Source of the DNA: a virus
Virus record (IMG/VR): IMGVR_UViG_3300010400_000004
Location: 10,534 to 74,533 of that record
Reading direction: 5' to 3' (one strand)
Length of the DNA stretch: 64,000 bases
Below, one piece after another: positions 35,097 to 46,158 of the stretch; position 1 is the stretch's first letter, and each line of letters begins with the position of its first letter. The notes under the pieces were generated by a model. That model had not been told where the DNA came from, did not search any database, and saw nothing but the letters and a program-made list of their open reading frames with translations. The position numbers were made by a program, and so were the translations under genes.

Positions 35097-36101
35097 TCAT
35101 AGAGCGAGGAATTCTGCGGTTGTTAGTAGTCGGTTAGTCGGGCATGGCAGAGAATCGTTCCAGATACAGTGCAGCTTCGGACCGACTCGTTGTTTTGAGA
35201 TTTGCTGTGTCAAATTGTTATCGAGACCACGAGCGAGTTTTTCACTCATGTCGGCGGTTTCCGGTGAGTCCGTCTTGAGACCAACAGAAGCAAGACGAAG
35301 CGCCCAGGTCTGCGGCGAACACGTTACATGAAAATGTTGCCAGCCATCGGCAATTAGCTTTTTGTATTCGTTGTTGAATCGGCAGTTTGTGACCGCCATT
35401 TTTCCTTCAGTGACTTCGGAACGTCTGAGTAATCCATCGATCCACAAATCTCGATTCTTTCCATATTTAGACCACTCCACTCCACCAAAATCGATGAGCT
35501 TCTGAGCCGCGAGAGATCGCACCATCAAACAAAACATTGAGCGTTCTACGGTATAGGGATACTGTTCGTTGACTTCATCACGACCAAATTGCCCGATCTG
35601 CTGAAGCATCTTCCGGATTCCAGCAATATTTTTTCCGTCGTTTGCTGTAACCTTTACCCCGGTGAGGTATTCAACGAGGGCATACATCGGGTCAGCGAAG
35701 CCGAGAACTTTTGCGCCAATAGCATTAGCGAGATAGTCTTTGCCTACTCCGATCCGGCCAGTAAAGAAAATTTTCCCCCCAATCGATATTCCGTTTATTG
35801 ATCCGAGTGGTGGGACTGAGGCGGTAGGACTTTGTTCGGATACTATCGATTGGGAGGGTGAAGACTGCGAAGTAAACACAGGATCGGTGGTGATGACCGA
35901 GGTGCCCCTTCGGTCAAAGACTTGTGCTATCTCCGCCCGAGCTTCAGGCGGAACTACTGCCCCGGTGATCTCCGGATTATTGAGGAAACCAACCAGGCCG
36001 CGCAGTGCGGCAGCTTCAGTGCCGAGATTGAGTTTGTCGAGGGGCTTCTTCAGCTCACCCGGCTGCATTAAATCTTTTGTGTCGGCAGAAAACTTATCCA
36101 T
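35097..36101 (-). CDS. Deoxynucleoside monophosphate kinase-like protein
   Basis: TGRIGVGKD; FADPM; RKMLQQIG; CRFNNE. Confidence 0.75.
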   Translation of the reverse strand: MDKFSADTKDLMQPGELKKPLDKLNLGTEAAALRGLVGFLNNPEITGAVVPPEARAEIAQVFDRRGTSVITTDPVFTSQSSPSQSIVSEQSPTASVPPLGSINGISIGGKIFFTGRIGVGKDYLANAIGAKVLGFADPMYALVEYLTGVKVTANDGKNIAGIRKMLQQIGQFGRDEVNEQYPYTVERSMFCLMVRSLAAQKLIDFGGVEWSKYGKNRDLWIDGLLRRSEVTEGKMAVTNCRFNNEYKKLIADGWQHFHVTCSPQTWALRLASVGLKTDSPETADMSEKLARGLDNNLTQQISKQRVGPKLHCIWNDSLPCPTNRLLTTAEFLAL

Positions 36102-36830
36102 GTTTAAAAGGTGCCAGATTTTGCGTCGAGTCACAACTCTTTTCTATGGTGAAATCGGGGAGGTGTCCGTGCCGGTCAAAATACCAGACTAGCTGTTTAA
36201 ACAGTGCTTCACGATCTTTCTTCGCCTCCGGACATGCGACCAAGGCGGCATCGAGCCGAGCGTCGATGGTGTGTTTCAGCCAGCCGGGTAAAATAATGCA
36301 GCTCATAACGATTTGGCCTTCGTAGCATCCAGAGCTTCGCGAATTACCTGCCTGTCGCCGTCACTTCCAGCAAAACATGGATTTCCATCAGGATCACAAA
36401 GCACCGAAAAAACCGCTTCTCTCAGCCGTGCCACATTAGCGCGAAGCTGATTGCGTTCCTCGATCAGAGCGAGACCAGCGTTTACCTGGGCAGTCTGGAA
36501 TTTCTGCGGGGTGGAAATGTCTGTCCCGGCAATACTGAGACTACTATTCAAAGCGGCTAGTCTCCAGTCGAGAATCTCAGCTCGGAGTCCCATAACATAC
36601 GTTTCTTCACTCGTCATAATTTCTCCATTCGAGCGATGAGCCGCCCGAGCCTCTCCGGAATTTCCCGGGCCGCTTCGCGTGTCTGCTCCATTCCGAGCTT
36701 CGTTCCTTGCAAAATGCCCGAGAGAACTTGCTCCCGGTGGCGGTAATTTTCACAGGCGGTGTGTGCCCATTCTTCGCAAGCGAGGCGAACAATTTCAGTC
36801 CACTCTGACATCGGTCGAGAGTCGAGTTGT

Positions 36831-37049
36831 TTAGCCGCTATTTCCCAAGGCTTCATAATGTTCTCGCAGTCCTTTTCTTAGTTTTCTCAGAGCGGATCGC
36901 TCCAGTAAATTTACGTTTTGCCGAGTAGTGTTGAGGATTTCCGCTACTTGGTCAGCGGTTCGAATTTCAAAATGATACATGGCATCCTTGGCCGGATAAA
37001 CCCGCTTGCGCGGGTTATTCCGGATTCGAAAAACCTCGTCAGACTCCAT
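36831..37049 (-). CDS. Small HTH (sigma region 4-like) protein
   Basis: QVAEILNTTRQNVNLLERSALRKLR. Confidence 0.65.
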   Translation of the reverse strand: MESDEVFRIRNNPRKRVYPAKDAMYHFEIRTADQVAEILNTTRQNVNLLERSALRKLRKGLREHYEALGNSG

Positions 37050-39511
37050 AATGAACGGCGGGTTGAATTTTCACCTGGGAAGCACGAACAGTGGATAACC
37101 ATTCGAGTTGCTCTATCGGACGATGAGTCACCGTGGAGCAAGTCGATCCATCCGGCCACTGCCAGATAACCCGGCACAAAGTTTTTTCACGCAGAAAACG
37201 GATAATCTGAAAATCGAGCTTCACGTTTCGGCGGAATATTGCGGGACTAGGAGGTCTTCCGATTGGCTTTTTCATTTCGATGATTTATTTCGGTTTCGAT
37301 TGCGTTGGCCTGGGCGATAAGCGGAACGACGACGGTGATGATGAAATCTTGTCGCAAGCTCTCGATCGCGAAGGTGGGAATGATCCGGTTAACTCCCCGG
37401 ATTCGTTTCTCCGCCCGGAGCTTCGCCCGCTTCAGGCGGTCGATCGGCAGCCGAGACATCCGACTGGCGAGTTTCGTTTCGAGTGTCTTCGGCGTCTGTG
37501 TCGAGGTGTAATAAGTCCACCGTGCCCGATGGCAGGTCCGACGAAAAGTTCCCGTGATCCGTTTCTGACCCAGTAATATTTCCGTCGCTGTTTCCCGTGG
37601 CATGTGATCCATGTCCAAGTTTTGTTTTATCATAGCAATATCCGCGTGTTTCAAGTTCAGGTGTTCGTGGTAGAATTCTTCCGCACCGGCATACGAAGTT
37701 GTTCGGGTCTGCCTGCAACTTCAGCCAGAGCGGTTCTCCGATTTTCAGCGGTTCGAGTCCATTGACGTGTCGTTTTGGGCGAGGCATATTTGAATTGCTT
37801 TCCAGCTCTCAGGAGAAATTCAATTTCTGATTCGCTGGGGGCTTCGTTGATTAGTTGTCTGAGGCCAATGTTACGCATTGACGATGACTCCTTCGTAAGC
37901 GTTGACGATCGAGGCCGCTTCGTCCGGAGTGAGGCTGTCACCAGCTCCGAATTTTTTCGCCGTTCCGAAGTCGATAGTCAGCGAACCGACAATACGCATG
38001 ACTTTGTAAGATTCCTGAACGTTGCTGAGTTTCTTGGTGAAGTCGTCGGGATTCGACCGAAGCAATGTGATTTTGATTTGTTTGTTTCTCATGTTTGGTT
38101 TTGTTTTTGTTCGTTTACAAATTTCCTATACCGGGCGCGATAAGAAAAATCATCTGCGCCGTTCTCGACATACCGATGACAATTCGGACATCGACAATAC
38201 CGGGCTACACCAAAAAGTTTCATCTCTGTTGCGTGGCTCTCACCTCTACCGATTAGTTGCAGGCACACGCTGCATTCGAGTGCCTGGATTTGTAACTGTT
38301 GAAAGGTGAGTCGCACAACTTCAATATTTGGTTGTGTCGTCGGGCATCGTGCAAATCCCCACCGATATGATAACCGAGACCACGATTATCCAGAACAGGC
38401 GGAAGATTTCGAGTTCGATATTCATATTCAAAATGTCCAGTCGTCGCCGGAAATTGTCGGCATGCGATTGGCCGAGGTAACGTTGGCGGAAAAGTTCCAC
38501 CAGTCTTCGATGGCACGTTTGGCGACGGCAAGCCTGGTGAAATATCGCTGGCTATCGGGATTGAGGGGGTCGTAATTTGGATTTTCGAAAAATTCCCGGA
38601 ACTGTTTGATGGCGGCGATTTTATTCTCAGGCCGAATGTTCCCCAAGGTGGTGACGAACGGTGCCATTGCCTCGAAAAACCTCGCAACCTCCGGATCGAG
38701 GGTCGGTGTTCGGATTACGTCCAGTTCGAAATTCTGAAGGCCGAGCTTTGCGGCGACGATGGCGTGGACTTCGGCGAGTGTGAGTGTGATTTTCATTGGC
38801 GAGCCTTTCGAACACTGACGAGGTTTTCCGCCGTGGCCACTCCAGGCGTGCCGAAACGACCGCCCATATTCAGGGCGACGTAGCCGGGTGAAATGATTCG
38901 TGCAGTGCCCGTCTTCGGCTTGTATTCGACTCCAGAGCGACCGATGCCAGCGGGGACGAGGATTGTGACACGATCGCCTGGGCGAATCGTCTGAAGCAAT
39001 TCTGCGGCGTTTCTCACTTGGCACCTCCGAAAGAAAACCGAGTTGCGCTTCCGTCGATGCCCGTCCAATTCTGTTGTCGGCACCAGACGAAAAGGTCTCC
39101 CACGTTATCGAAAACCGGACTGACCCGACTGTCATAGTTCAGGTGGGAATTGCCCACGAACAGAAAAGACCCGAGCTTGCGAGTGTTCGCGCAGCGGCAT
39201 TGAACCGCTACCTGGGCGGTTGTGCCTGGGCGATGAACCTTGCGGGGCGTTTGATCGATGATGAAGCCATTCACTTGGCACCCCCGTTGACGCCGCAGGC
39301 GGCGAGAAAAATGTTGCGGTTGAATCGCGGATTGGCGTCCGCGAAGGTCGCCGCCAGGGAAAACGCAGTCATGCGGATTGCGTTCTGTCCCTCAGGGGAG
39401 GACTGATTCGAGTTGAATGCTGTTTTGATCGCTGCCGCCACTGCTACGAAGTCTTTTATGCTCATAATTTTTTTTTGTTTTGTTGTCCGCCTTTATTGGC
39501 TGACTGGTGTT

Positions 39512-39539
39512 AATGTATCAGAGTCCGAGGGATTGTCAA
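39512..39539 (-). promoter_or_regulatory. Promoter TTGACA-N16-TACATT
   Basis: Followed by the second copy of the 20-bp leader hairpin (39485-39504). Confidence 0.65.
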
Positions 39540-39817
39540 ATTTTACCAACAGGTCTGAATCTCGTAAATCTCATCGGCGCAGCTTTGGGCGGCATTCAGA
39601 TTCGTGCAGACCGCCGTGTAGAATTCGCCGCTACCCTCTTGATCGTGAGATTCAAGCTTGTTGGCGTCGATTATCATACGTCCCGCCCCATTACTGTCGT
39701 TCCACGAGGCAACCCAGGAGGCGATTGCCGAAACCGCTTTTTCGTATCCGATTACTGTTTCGAGGACTCTGTTTTTCATTTTCTTTCATCCGGTCTTTGT
39801 TCTTCGACCGTGGATAC

Positions 39818-39845
39818 ACAATACTCCATATCAGAGGCAGCGCAA
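39818..39845 (-). promoter_or_regulatory. Promoter TTGCGC-N16-TATTGT
   Basis: Same spacing as the other class-I promoters and the same -10 as those at 12746 and 32140. Confidence 0.55.
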
Positions 39846-40609
39846 CTATTTTTTCAACTTTTTTTCGGGCCTTCGCAAGTGGTTGATACCAAGCCAAGTG
39901 TGACGCCAGCTAAGGCTGAATCAGGTAGTTTTGCACGCTTTCTTTCAAGTGAATCAATACGTTGCAGATGAGCCAGCTTGTTTTGCAAGTCTTCGTTGAC
40001 CTGTTCGAGATGAACACAACGGCGAAAAACCTCAACGCGCTCCGTCCAGGCTTCGTTTCGTTGTTCGGCGCAAATGATTTTGTATTTGCGCTCGGTCTCT
40101 GCATCCGTCCGGGCATTATCTATTTCTTCCCGGGCAATCAAAAGCTCGACCTTCAGTCGATCGATTTCGTCGAGGGCGTCACCTGACATGAAATTAAGGA
40201 ACCAACGATATATTTTTTTCATTTGATTGTTACACTCGCTTCATCATCGATGAGTAGCGCCCTGATTGCGTCAACAAGGTCTTCGACTCCTTGATAAACG
40301 AAAATTTCCTCATTAGACGGCAGCGTATTGTAATGAGGCTGGAAAGGACTGACGATCCATCCGTTGTTTACACGCCGCACTTCGAAATGTTTTTTCATGG
40401 TTGTGAAGTTTCGAGATTGTTGAGCGCAAGAATGAGCGAGTCAGCGAGAGTCACCGCTTTTGTTGCGATTGTGTATGCTCCGGATTGGTGATCTTGTGCC
40501 GCTGACAAAAGTCCTTGCAGCGCGTGGATCGCGAAAAGTTCGCGCTTCGTCAGTCCAGTTCCAGGCGCATCATCGATGCCCGCGACAGTGTTTTCGTTCG
40601 GATTTGTTT

Positions 40610-40904
40610 TCATACAAGCATTCCGAGACAATCATATTCAGTTAACCGAACACCGCAACGAATCAACTCCACGATTTGCGCTTCTGTGACGACTGCGGCA
40701 AGTTCTGAGAGATCGATGCTGAGAAAAAAACTCATCATGTTCTGCGGCGGAGATAATGTCTTCTTTCCCAGGCACAATTTCGTTGAGCAAAAGAAAAGCG
40801 TGCAAGTCAGCACGTTTTGACTTTTTATTTGCGACACCAGCGAAGTTCAAAAATTCTTCGTCCTCGTGATGATTCCACAGTTCTTTCATTTTTTCTATAT
40901 TCAC
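40610..40904 (-). pseudogene. Hypothetical gene split by a one-base frameshift in a T7 run
   Basis: ...SAAEHDEFF continues as LSIDLSELAAVVTEAQIVELIRCGVR only if one T of 40724-40730 is removed. Confidence 0.55.
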
Positions 40905-41402
40905 TTGTAAACCTTTCGTGTCCGAGGGCCGCGAGTGATCGCGCCGGGTATGAATCCACGCCAGCGGATTTCCGCATACTTCTCCCGCCATTTCGTTGAT
41001 CGCTCCGCGCTACCTTTGCCAGCACCGGGCAATCCGATGTCCCGAGCATTACTCTTTGCCATAGTTATTTCAATCGTGCCTCGATATGGGCGTTGATGCC
41101 ATTTGAGCGACGAAGCAGACCAGCTACGCCGTTCATCAGCGGTTCGTATTCATCTTTGCAGGCGAGCCAGCTTCCGATGAATTCAGAGGCGTGTGCGCGA
41201 AGAGTGGCGCTAAGAAAAATCTCCGCCGTTTGAGTCTCGGTATCGCGTTCTTTGCTGACGAGTTTTTTGTTGGAATTCTCAGCGATAGTTGCGAGTGCCC
41301 GGGCAAGCTCGATGACCGTTTGGCGGTTAAGTGACGGGTGGATTTGGTGGATGGTTTTTTCTTCTGTAGTTGTGCTCATCATGTTGTCTCCGCGTTTGTT
41401 TG

Positions 41403-42053
41403 TTACCATATTGTGTTGGGTGTTTTTGGTGGTTCAGGATCAGGGACAGAAACTCCAGTAAGGATAATTGAACAGGTGTTTTCGGGCGTGATTACTTCGT
41501 TGTATGGAAGACGAACACCTGGGACTTCAGTCGTATAAATTGGAGCAGTTTGTTTCGATTCGAGGTTCGCGATACGCGATTCGAGGTTCGCGACGATTTT
41601 CTCCAGCTCAACCACACGAGAATTGAAAGGCTTGCCAATTCGCTTCAGTTTGAGTTTCGGTTTCTCGTCCTGGGTATGGAGGAGGTCGTCCATTTGAAAA
41701 CTCGTCTCCAATTGGGCGAGGATGAAATTGGCAAGTGTTCCGCCTGATTCTTCCTCGTTCATCGTGTCGATCTTCGCCTGAGTTTCGCTGAAATTAAAAC
41801 GCTTCGGACCTTTGCGGTATTTAGCGAAACGAAAAGTGGCCATGTCAGCAAAGCGAGCTGCGGTTACTCGATCGTTGAAATAGCCGAGGGTGTGCTGAGT
41901 GCCTGAGATGCTCATTTGCACCACGAATCCGGGCGTGAATGGATAGACATAATACCCGGGCAGCGGATCGGGCACCTCGAACGGCTGGTCGTCGAAAAGT
42001 ATGTCCCGAGTTTTACGGATGATTTCTTTTGTGGCGTCGTCTAGTTTTTTCAT
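41403..42053 (-). CDS. Hypothetical protein with AP2-like DNA-binding segment
   Basis: HTLGYFNDRVTAARFAD...FNF. Confidence 0.45.
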   Translation of the reverse strand: MKKLDDATKEIIRKTRDILFDDQPFEVPDPLPGYYVYPFTPGFVVQMSISGTQHTLGYFNDRVTAARFADMATFRFAKYRKGPKRFNFSETQAKIDTMNEEESGGTLANFILAQLETSFQMDDLLHTQDEKPKLKLKRIGKPFNSRVVELEKIVANLESRIANLESKQTAPIYTTEVPGVRLPYNEVITPENTCSIILTGVSVPDPEPPKTPNTIW

Positions 42054-42493
42054 TTGAATTCGGGCATGACTGAAAGGTCCAGATCATCGTCAAGACTAAC
42101 CCAACCCCAAGAGACCTTCAATCGATTTTGTCTCTTTTTTCTTTGTTTCTTTTTTTCGGGCTGATGATTGAGGTTCAAAAGATCACAATAATTACCCCAG
42201 AACAAAATCCACTTTTTCTCAGCGGCGTTTAAATCGCTCAACGGGTATCTCCCAAGTATTCTCATTGATACTTCGCTTCCGGAGCTTTCCACTTCTTTAA
42301 CCCATCTGAACACTCGATATTTCCTGTTTTGTGAAAAATGCTGATAGAGCCTAATTACAGGAGAGATCGAAGTTTGACCAACATACCTCAATTGCAAAGG
42401 GAAATATTGATCGAACAATCCATAGACTACCCCAACCCCGGGAGGGAGAGCCGTCGCCCGAACATCTGTTTGAGTATCACAAAAACTGTTCAC
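42050..42493 (-). CDS. GIY-YIG nuclease
   Basis: VVYGLFD...RYVGQT...RLYQH...AEKKWI...LLN. Confidence 0.75.
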   Translation of the reverse strand: MNSFCDTQTDVRATALPPGVGVVYGLFDQYFPLQLRYVGQTSISPVIRLYQHFSQNRKYRVFRWVKEVESSGSEVSMRILGRYPLSDLNAAEKKWILFWGNYCDLLNLNHQPEKKKQRKKRQNRLKVSWGWVSLDDDLDLSVMPEFK

Positions 42494-42582
42494 AGGAGAA
42501 CCGTATCAAAAACAACCAGATCGCACAACTTCTGTTTTGCGGAAAGAAAAGTGTCCTAAACAGGACAGTTTTCGGAACCATT

Positions 42583-42741
42583 GGTAACTTCTACCGGGGA
42601 CCTCGGTAGGTAGGGACAATCGCTCCTACATATATTCTTCCCAATTTAATCTAAAAGTAGTAGTAGTAGTAGTAAGGGCGCGGGTCGTCCCCAAAAAGGA
42701 CCGATTCTCCCTACCTACCAATATCCCCAGGCAAAGTTACC
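42583..42741. repeat. 45-bp imperfect inverted repeat around an (AGT)6-containing spacer at the strand switch; candidate origin/control region
   Basis: Arms 42583-42627 and 42697-42741 align without gaps at 36/45 positions. Confidence 0.75.
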
Positions 42742-43203
42742 CCGGGTCACTTTTCTGCCCTCAACCGGGCAGGACTAACTTTTCATGGCGACTTTTCGTC
42801 GCGCCGGTCACTTTCAAGTGTGAAGAGAGACGAGGACGAACTTTTCGATCGGGCCAGCCCCGACATCAAACGTTTAAACCGCCAAGCTCGAAAAGAGCGG
42901 CGACTCAAGAAAAGGGAACAATGGAAACGAGACCGTTTGTTGAAGAATACCTCTATTTTGCAGGCGGAAGAACCATAGCAGGCAAAGAAGGCCGACCGAG
43001 TGACGATCGCGAATACGCCCGACAAGTTGCTGACGTAATCGAATTTGATCTGCCCTGGCCGAACACTGACGGCAATCGACCGCGTGAGTTGCTCGATCAG
43101 GACAGATTGAAAGCCGGTCAGAAGTGGGCGAAGACCGGAGACGTGGTGAATTGTTTTCCACCAGCGAGGGAGATCGTCCACTACCCGATTGCAGAGTTGA
43201 ATC

Positions 43204-43893
43204 ATGGAACCGATTAGCATTCCGAAGAAACACACGGAGGTTGATATTGCAATGGACCGTGAGCAAGTTTTCTTGCTCTACGCGACGTTCACCGGAGACG
43301 TTGAGAAAGTCGCGCATGCAATCGGTATGCGTGCTGTTGATGTTTTGCGTATGGCTGATGAGGAAGGCTGGGCAAACAAACTCGCGCCAATTCTTGAGCT
43401 GAAGAAGAGCACTAAGCCCGGGGACTTCGAACGCGCCGTCAATCGTGCGCTCAATTTTGTCCAGGCGCGGCGACTATGGCTTTTCTTAGAGCGCGTCATG
43501 TCTCGTGTGACTGGAATGACTGAGACCGAGATGGCTGAATACCTCTTCACTGGCGAACAGTTTTTCAATAAGGACGGCAGCGTCCAACGCGAAGTCAAGA
43601 AGCTCTCCACTCGCGCTCTGGCTGACCTTGCAGCGGCGATTGAGAAGTGCCAAGCTCTGACATACCTCGCACTCAACGACACCGCCCAGGACCGTAATAG
43701 ACGCAAAGAACAGGCTTCCGATAATGATTCAGACGCGGGAGATTTAAGCGTGAGGATTGCAAAGAGTATGGCGGCAATCAAATCGAGCAATAGCACCCGG
43801 GCACAACTGTTCGATGTAAAGCTCGAAATGGCTCAGGCCCAGGTCAAGGCAGCAGAGCATCCGGTGAATCCTTTGGACAACGACGATCACTGA
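43204..43893 (+). CDS. Putative terminase small subunit
   Basis: N-terminal HTH-like segment (VEKVAHAIGM...W) and helical body; first large gene of the + strand block. Confidence 0.45.
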   Translation: MEPISIPKKHTEVDIAMDREQVFLLYATFTGDVEKVAHAIGMRAVDVLRMADEEGWANKLAPILELKKSTKPGDFERAVNRALNFVQARRLWLFLERVMSRVTGMTETEMAEYLFTGEQFFNKDGSVQREVKKLSTRALADLAAAIEKCQALTYLALNDTAQDRNRRKEQASDNDSDAGDLSVRIAKSMAAIKSSNSTRAQLFDVKLEMAQAQVKAAEHPVNPLDNDDH

Positions 43894-44262
43894 TATTACT
43901 GATGATTCAGTAATTTCTGTCAAGACAGAAATCACAGAATAGAAAGCGAAAATCTCCCGAGCGGGACGGATTAGCCCTTGAATGCAGCTAAATTTTACAG
44001 TGAGTGATTGCTCACTGTCGGTAAAGCGACACTTTGGACAGCAATCTGAGGTTTAATGGGAGTCCGGCCACCTCGAACCGCCGACCGGCGATCCGATCCG
44101 CGATCCGACCAGGGCGTTATCGGTCACGTTACGGTAAAGTTGGGGTGGGTGCCTTGGGGGTTTGGAGCTGGAACAACTTCGCTTAGAGCCAGTTACGCGA
44201 ATTAAGAAAAAGACATCGAGAAAAAGTTGTGTAACGTTACTGAATCTGGTATGATTTAAAAA

Positions 44263-44523
44263 ATGGACATCGAAGCCGAAATAATCAAACTAATCCGCGA
44301 AAAGAACATCGCGGTCGAGAATCTTACCGCCGATCAACTGGCCTCCGCCCTGAAGCAAGCGATTGCCTGCGGGGACTTCCAACGGTTCATCCATCACGAC
44401 GCGCAGCAAGTCGTTTATGTTCCGTTCGCCCGGGAACTGGAGCTTACTCTTCAGATCGAGGAACTCAAGAAAGAGAACGCGAAGCTTTTGCGTGATTCAT
44501 TACGATGGGGAGACCCCGTGTGA
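44263..44523 (+). CDS. Hypothetical protein
   Basis: ATG follows TTGTGT-N17-TATGAT. Confidence 0.55.
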   Translation: MDIEAEIIKLIREKNIAVENLTADQLASALKQAIACGDFQRFIHHDAQQVVYVPFARELELTLQIEELKKENAKLLRDSLRWGDPV

Positions 44524-44635
44524 AAAAATCCCTTGGTGATTTCGATGCCAGCCTTTTTCATTGCTGGGAAGATGATCCGAATTGCGAAAAACATCGGTTG
44601 ACACTCCGCCACTCCCGCGTCACCTCTCATTACGT

Positions 44636-44851
44636 ATGGCAACATTATCGACGGCGGAAAAGGCGAACATTGCGTATCTAATCGAGTTTCAGCGCGGGAA
44701 TTATGACACTCCCCTGGACAGTTTTGTGGCGGAGCAATTGAGCAGATACCACGCGAAGTTCGGTTATGATTCTCAAATTGTGTATCTCGAAGCCCTTCGT
44801 GATGCTCCCCACCGCACACTACTTCAATCTCTCCTGGCAGTAGCCGCTTAA
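44636..44851 (+). CDS. Hypothetical protein
   Basis: ATG follows a class-II promoter (44598-44627). Confidence 0.55.
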   Translation: MATLSTAEKANIAYLIEFQRGNYDTPLDSFVAEQLSRYHAKFGYDSQIVYLEALRDAPHRTLLQSLLAVAA

Positions 44852-44857
44852 TTTTCT

Positions 44858-46018
44858 ATGGGCTGGCCACTAACCGGAAATAATCTCAGCCGTTTCAATC
44901 GGCTGCTCGACGATCTGCGACAATACGGAGATTTTCCCCTCGTTGGTAGTCCGGATGACATTACCTGGCTCTGGCAAATAATTCGCGAGGCAAGTGATGG
45001 GCAATTTTCTCCGGAGCTTGATGATGTCGCGAACCGCAGTCATTATTGGATGCTCCGGCTGGTTTCTTTTCTTGGCGATCGGATTGTTCCACCGACTCCT
45101 CCGACCGAACAAACGGGAATTCATTGGGGGCCCGATGAAACTACTATTGATGTTTCGGATAACGGAGAATTCGATTTATATTATTTGACTTACAACGACC
45201 CCACAATTACTTCGCTTACCTTTGATTCATTAGAGACAATGACGGGGGGAGGCTTTACCGGAACCAACAATACTTTTTTGACTTTCTTTTCTGCCCCAAA
45301 GTTGATTAACGTATTGGGGGATGTGGATTTTTCGGGTCAGAATTATACCAGTTTATCATTTCCGGTTTTGACAAATGTTTCGGGTCGGCTGTTCGCTAAT
45401 ACCATCCCCCTAATATTTTTGGATGTCTCTAAGTTGGAGACTGTCGGAGATTTTTTAGATATAGTCGATGCAGTTCCGCTAGTTCACGCAGAGTTTACGG
45501 CCCTTAAATCGGTCGGCTTGATAACAAGTGGAGTAACTTATTACGCCGCTTATTCCTGTCCGAACCTCACCACACTTTTGCATCCAGCACTCGAAGAGGT
45601 GGACAATGCCTTGGTGATTTTTGATTGTCCGCTGTTGACAACTCTGGAGTTTCCTTCCCTTTTGTCAGCGAACATTCAAATATCAGACTGTGCCTCACTA
45701 ATTAGCCTTTCTCTTCCTTTGTGGGGCGGTCTTGCTGCGGCTAATCCGAGTTTAGATACAATTGTTAACAACACATCTTTAACTACTGTGAATGTTCCGT
45801 CTTGGTTTCCACCTGACGGCACTGGGTTTGTCTTGTCCGGAAATGCTTTTTCAGCCCCGACAGTCAATCACATTCTGGCTCGTTGTGTGGCGAATCCCGC
45901 ATTCGTTTCTGGATCAGTTGACCTCAGCGGTCAGACACCAGCGCAACCTCCAACCGGCCAAGGCATCGCAGATAAGGCGACTCTTCAAGGTCGCGGCGTA
46001 ACAGTCATCACAGATTAA
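44858..46018 (+). CDS. LRR/receptor-L-like beta-solenoid protein (possible virion appendage)
   Basis: Repeated LxxLxFPxLxxV units; C-terminal VNHIL...ATLQGRGVTV cap. Confidence 0.65.
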   Translation: MGWPLTGNNLSRFNRLLDDLRQYGDFPLVGSPDDITWLWQIIREASDGQFSPELDDVANRSHYWMLRLVSFLGDRIVPPTPPTEQTGIHWGPDETTIDVSDNGEFDLYYLTYNDPTITSLTFDSLETMTGGGFTGTNNTFLTFFSAPKLINVLGDVDFSGQNYTSLSFPVLTNVSGRLFANTIPLIFLDVSKLETVGDFLDIVDAVPLVHAEFTALKSVGLITSGVTYYAAYSCPNLTTLLHPALEEVDNALVIFDCPLLTTLEFPSLLSANIQISDCASLISLSLPLWGGLAAANPSLDTIVNNTSLTTVNVPSWFPPDGTGFVLSGNAFSAPTVNHILARCVANPAFVSGSVDLSGQTPAQPPTGQGIADKATLQGRGVTVITD

Positions 46019-46158
46019 CTTATGACACGAGAAGAAATAATCCGCAAGCACGACGAGCTTCACGCACAACACGCGGAACAACGCCAGCAAAGACAACTAA
46101 TCAAGCTGAAGAAAATTCAAGCGGGAAAATCCAACACACAGACTAAAGCAGAGAAGGT

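Larger units (their letters stand above)
36094..41409 (-). other. Cluster of about 20 small, tightly packed hypothetical (early/host-takeover-type) genes
   Basis: Short overlapping - strand ORFs, e.g. 36094-36306, 36303-36617, 36614-36856, 37871-38092, 38793-39083, 39014-39274, 39271-39465, 39543-39779, 39854-40222, 40395-40613 and 41065-41409. Confidence 0.6.

Noticed and set aside
44858-46018. Diversity-generating retroelement target
   Set aside because: No reverse transcriptase or template/variable repeat pair was found in the window.
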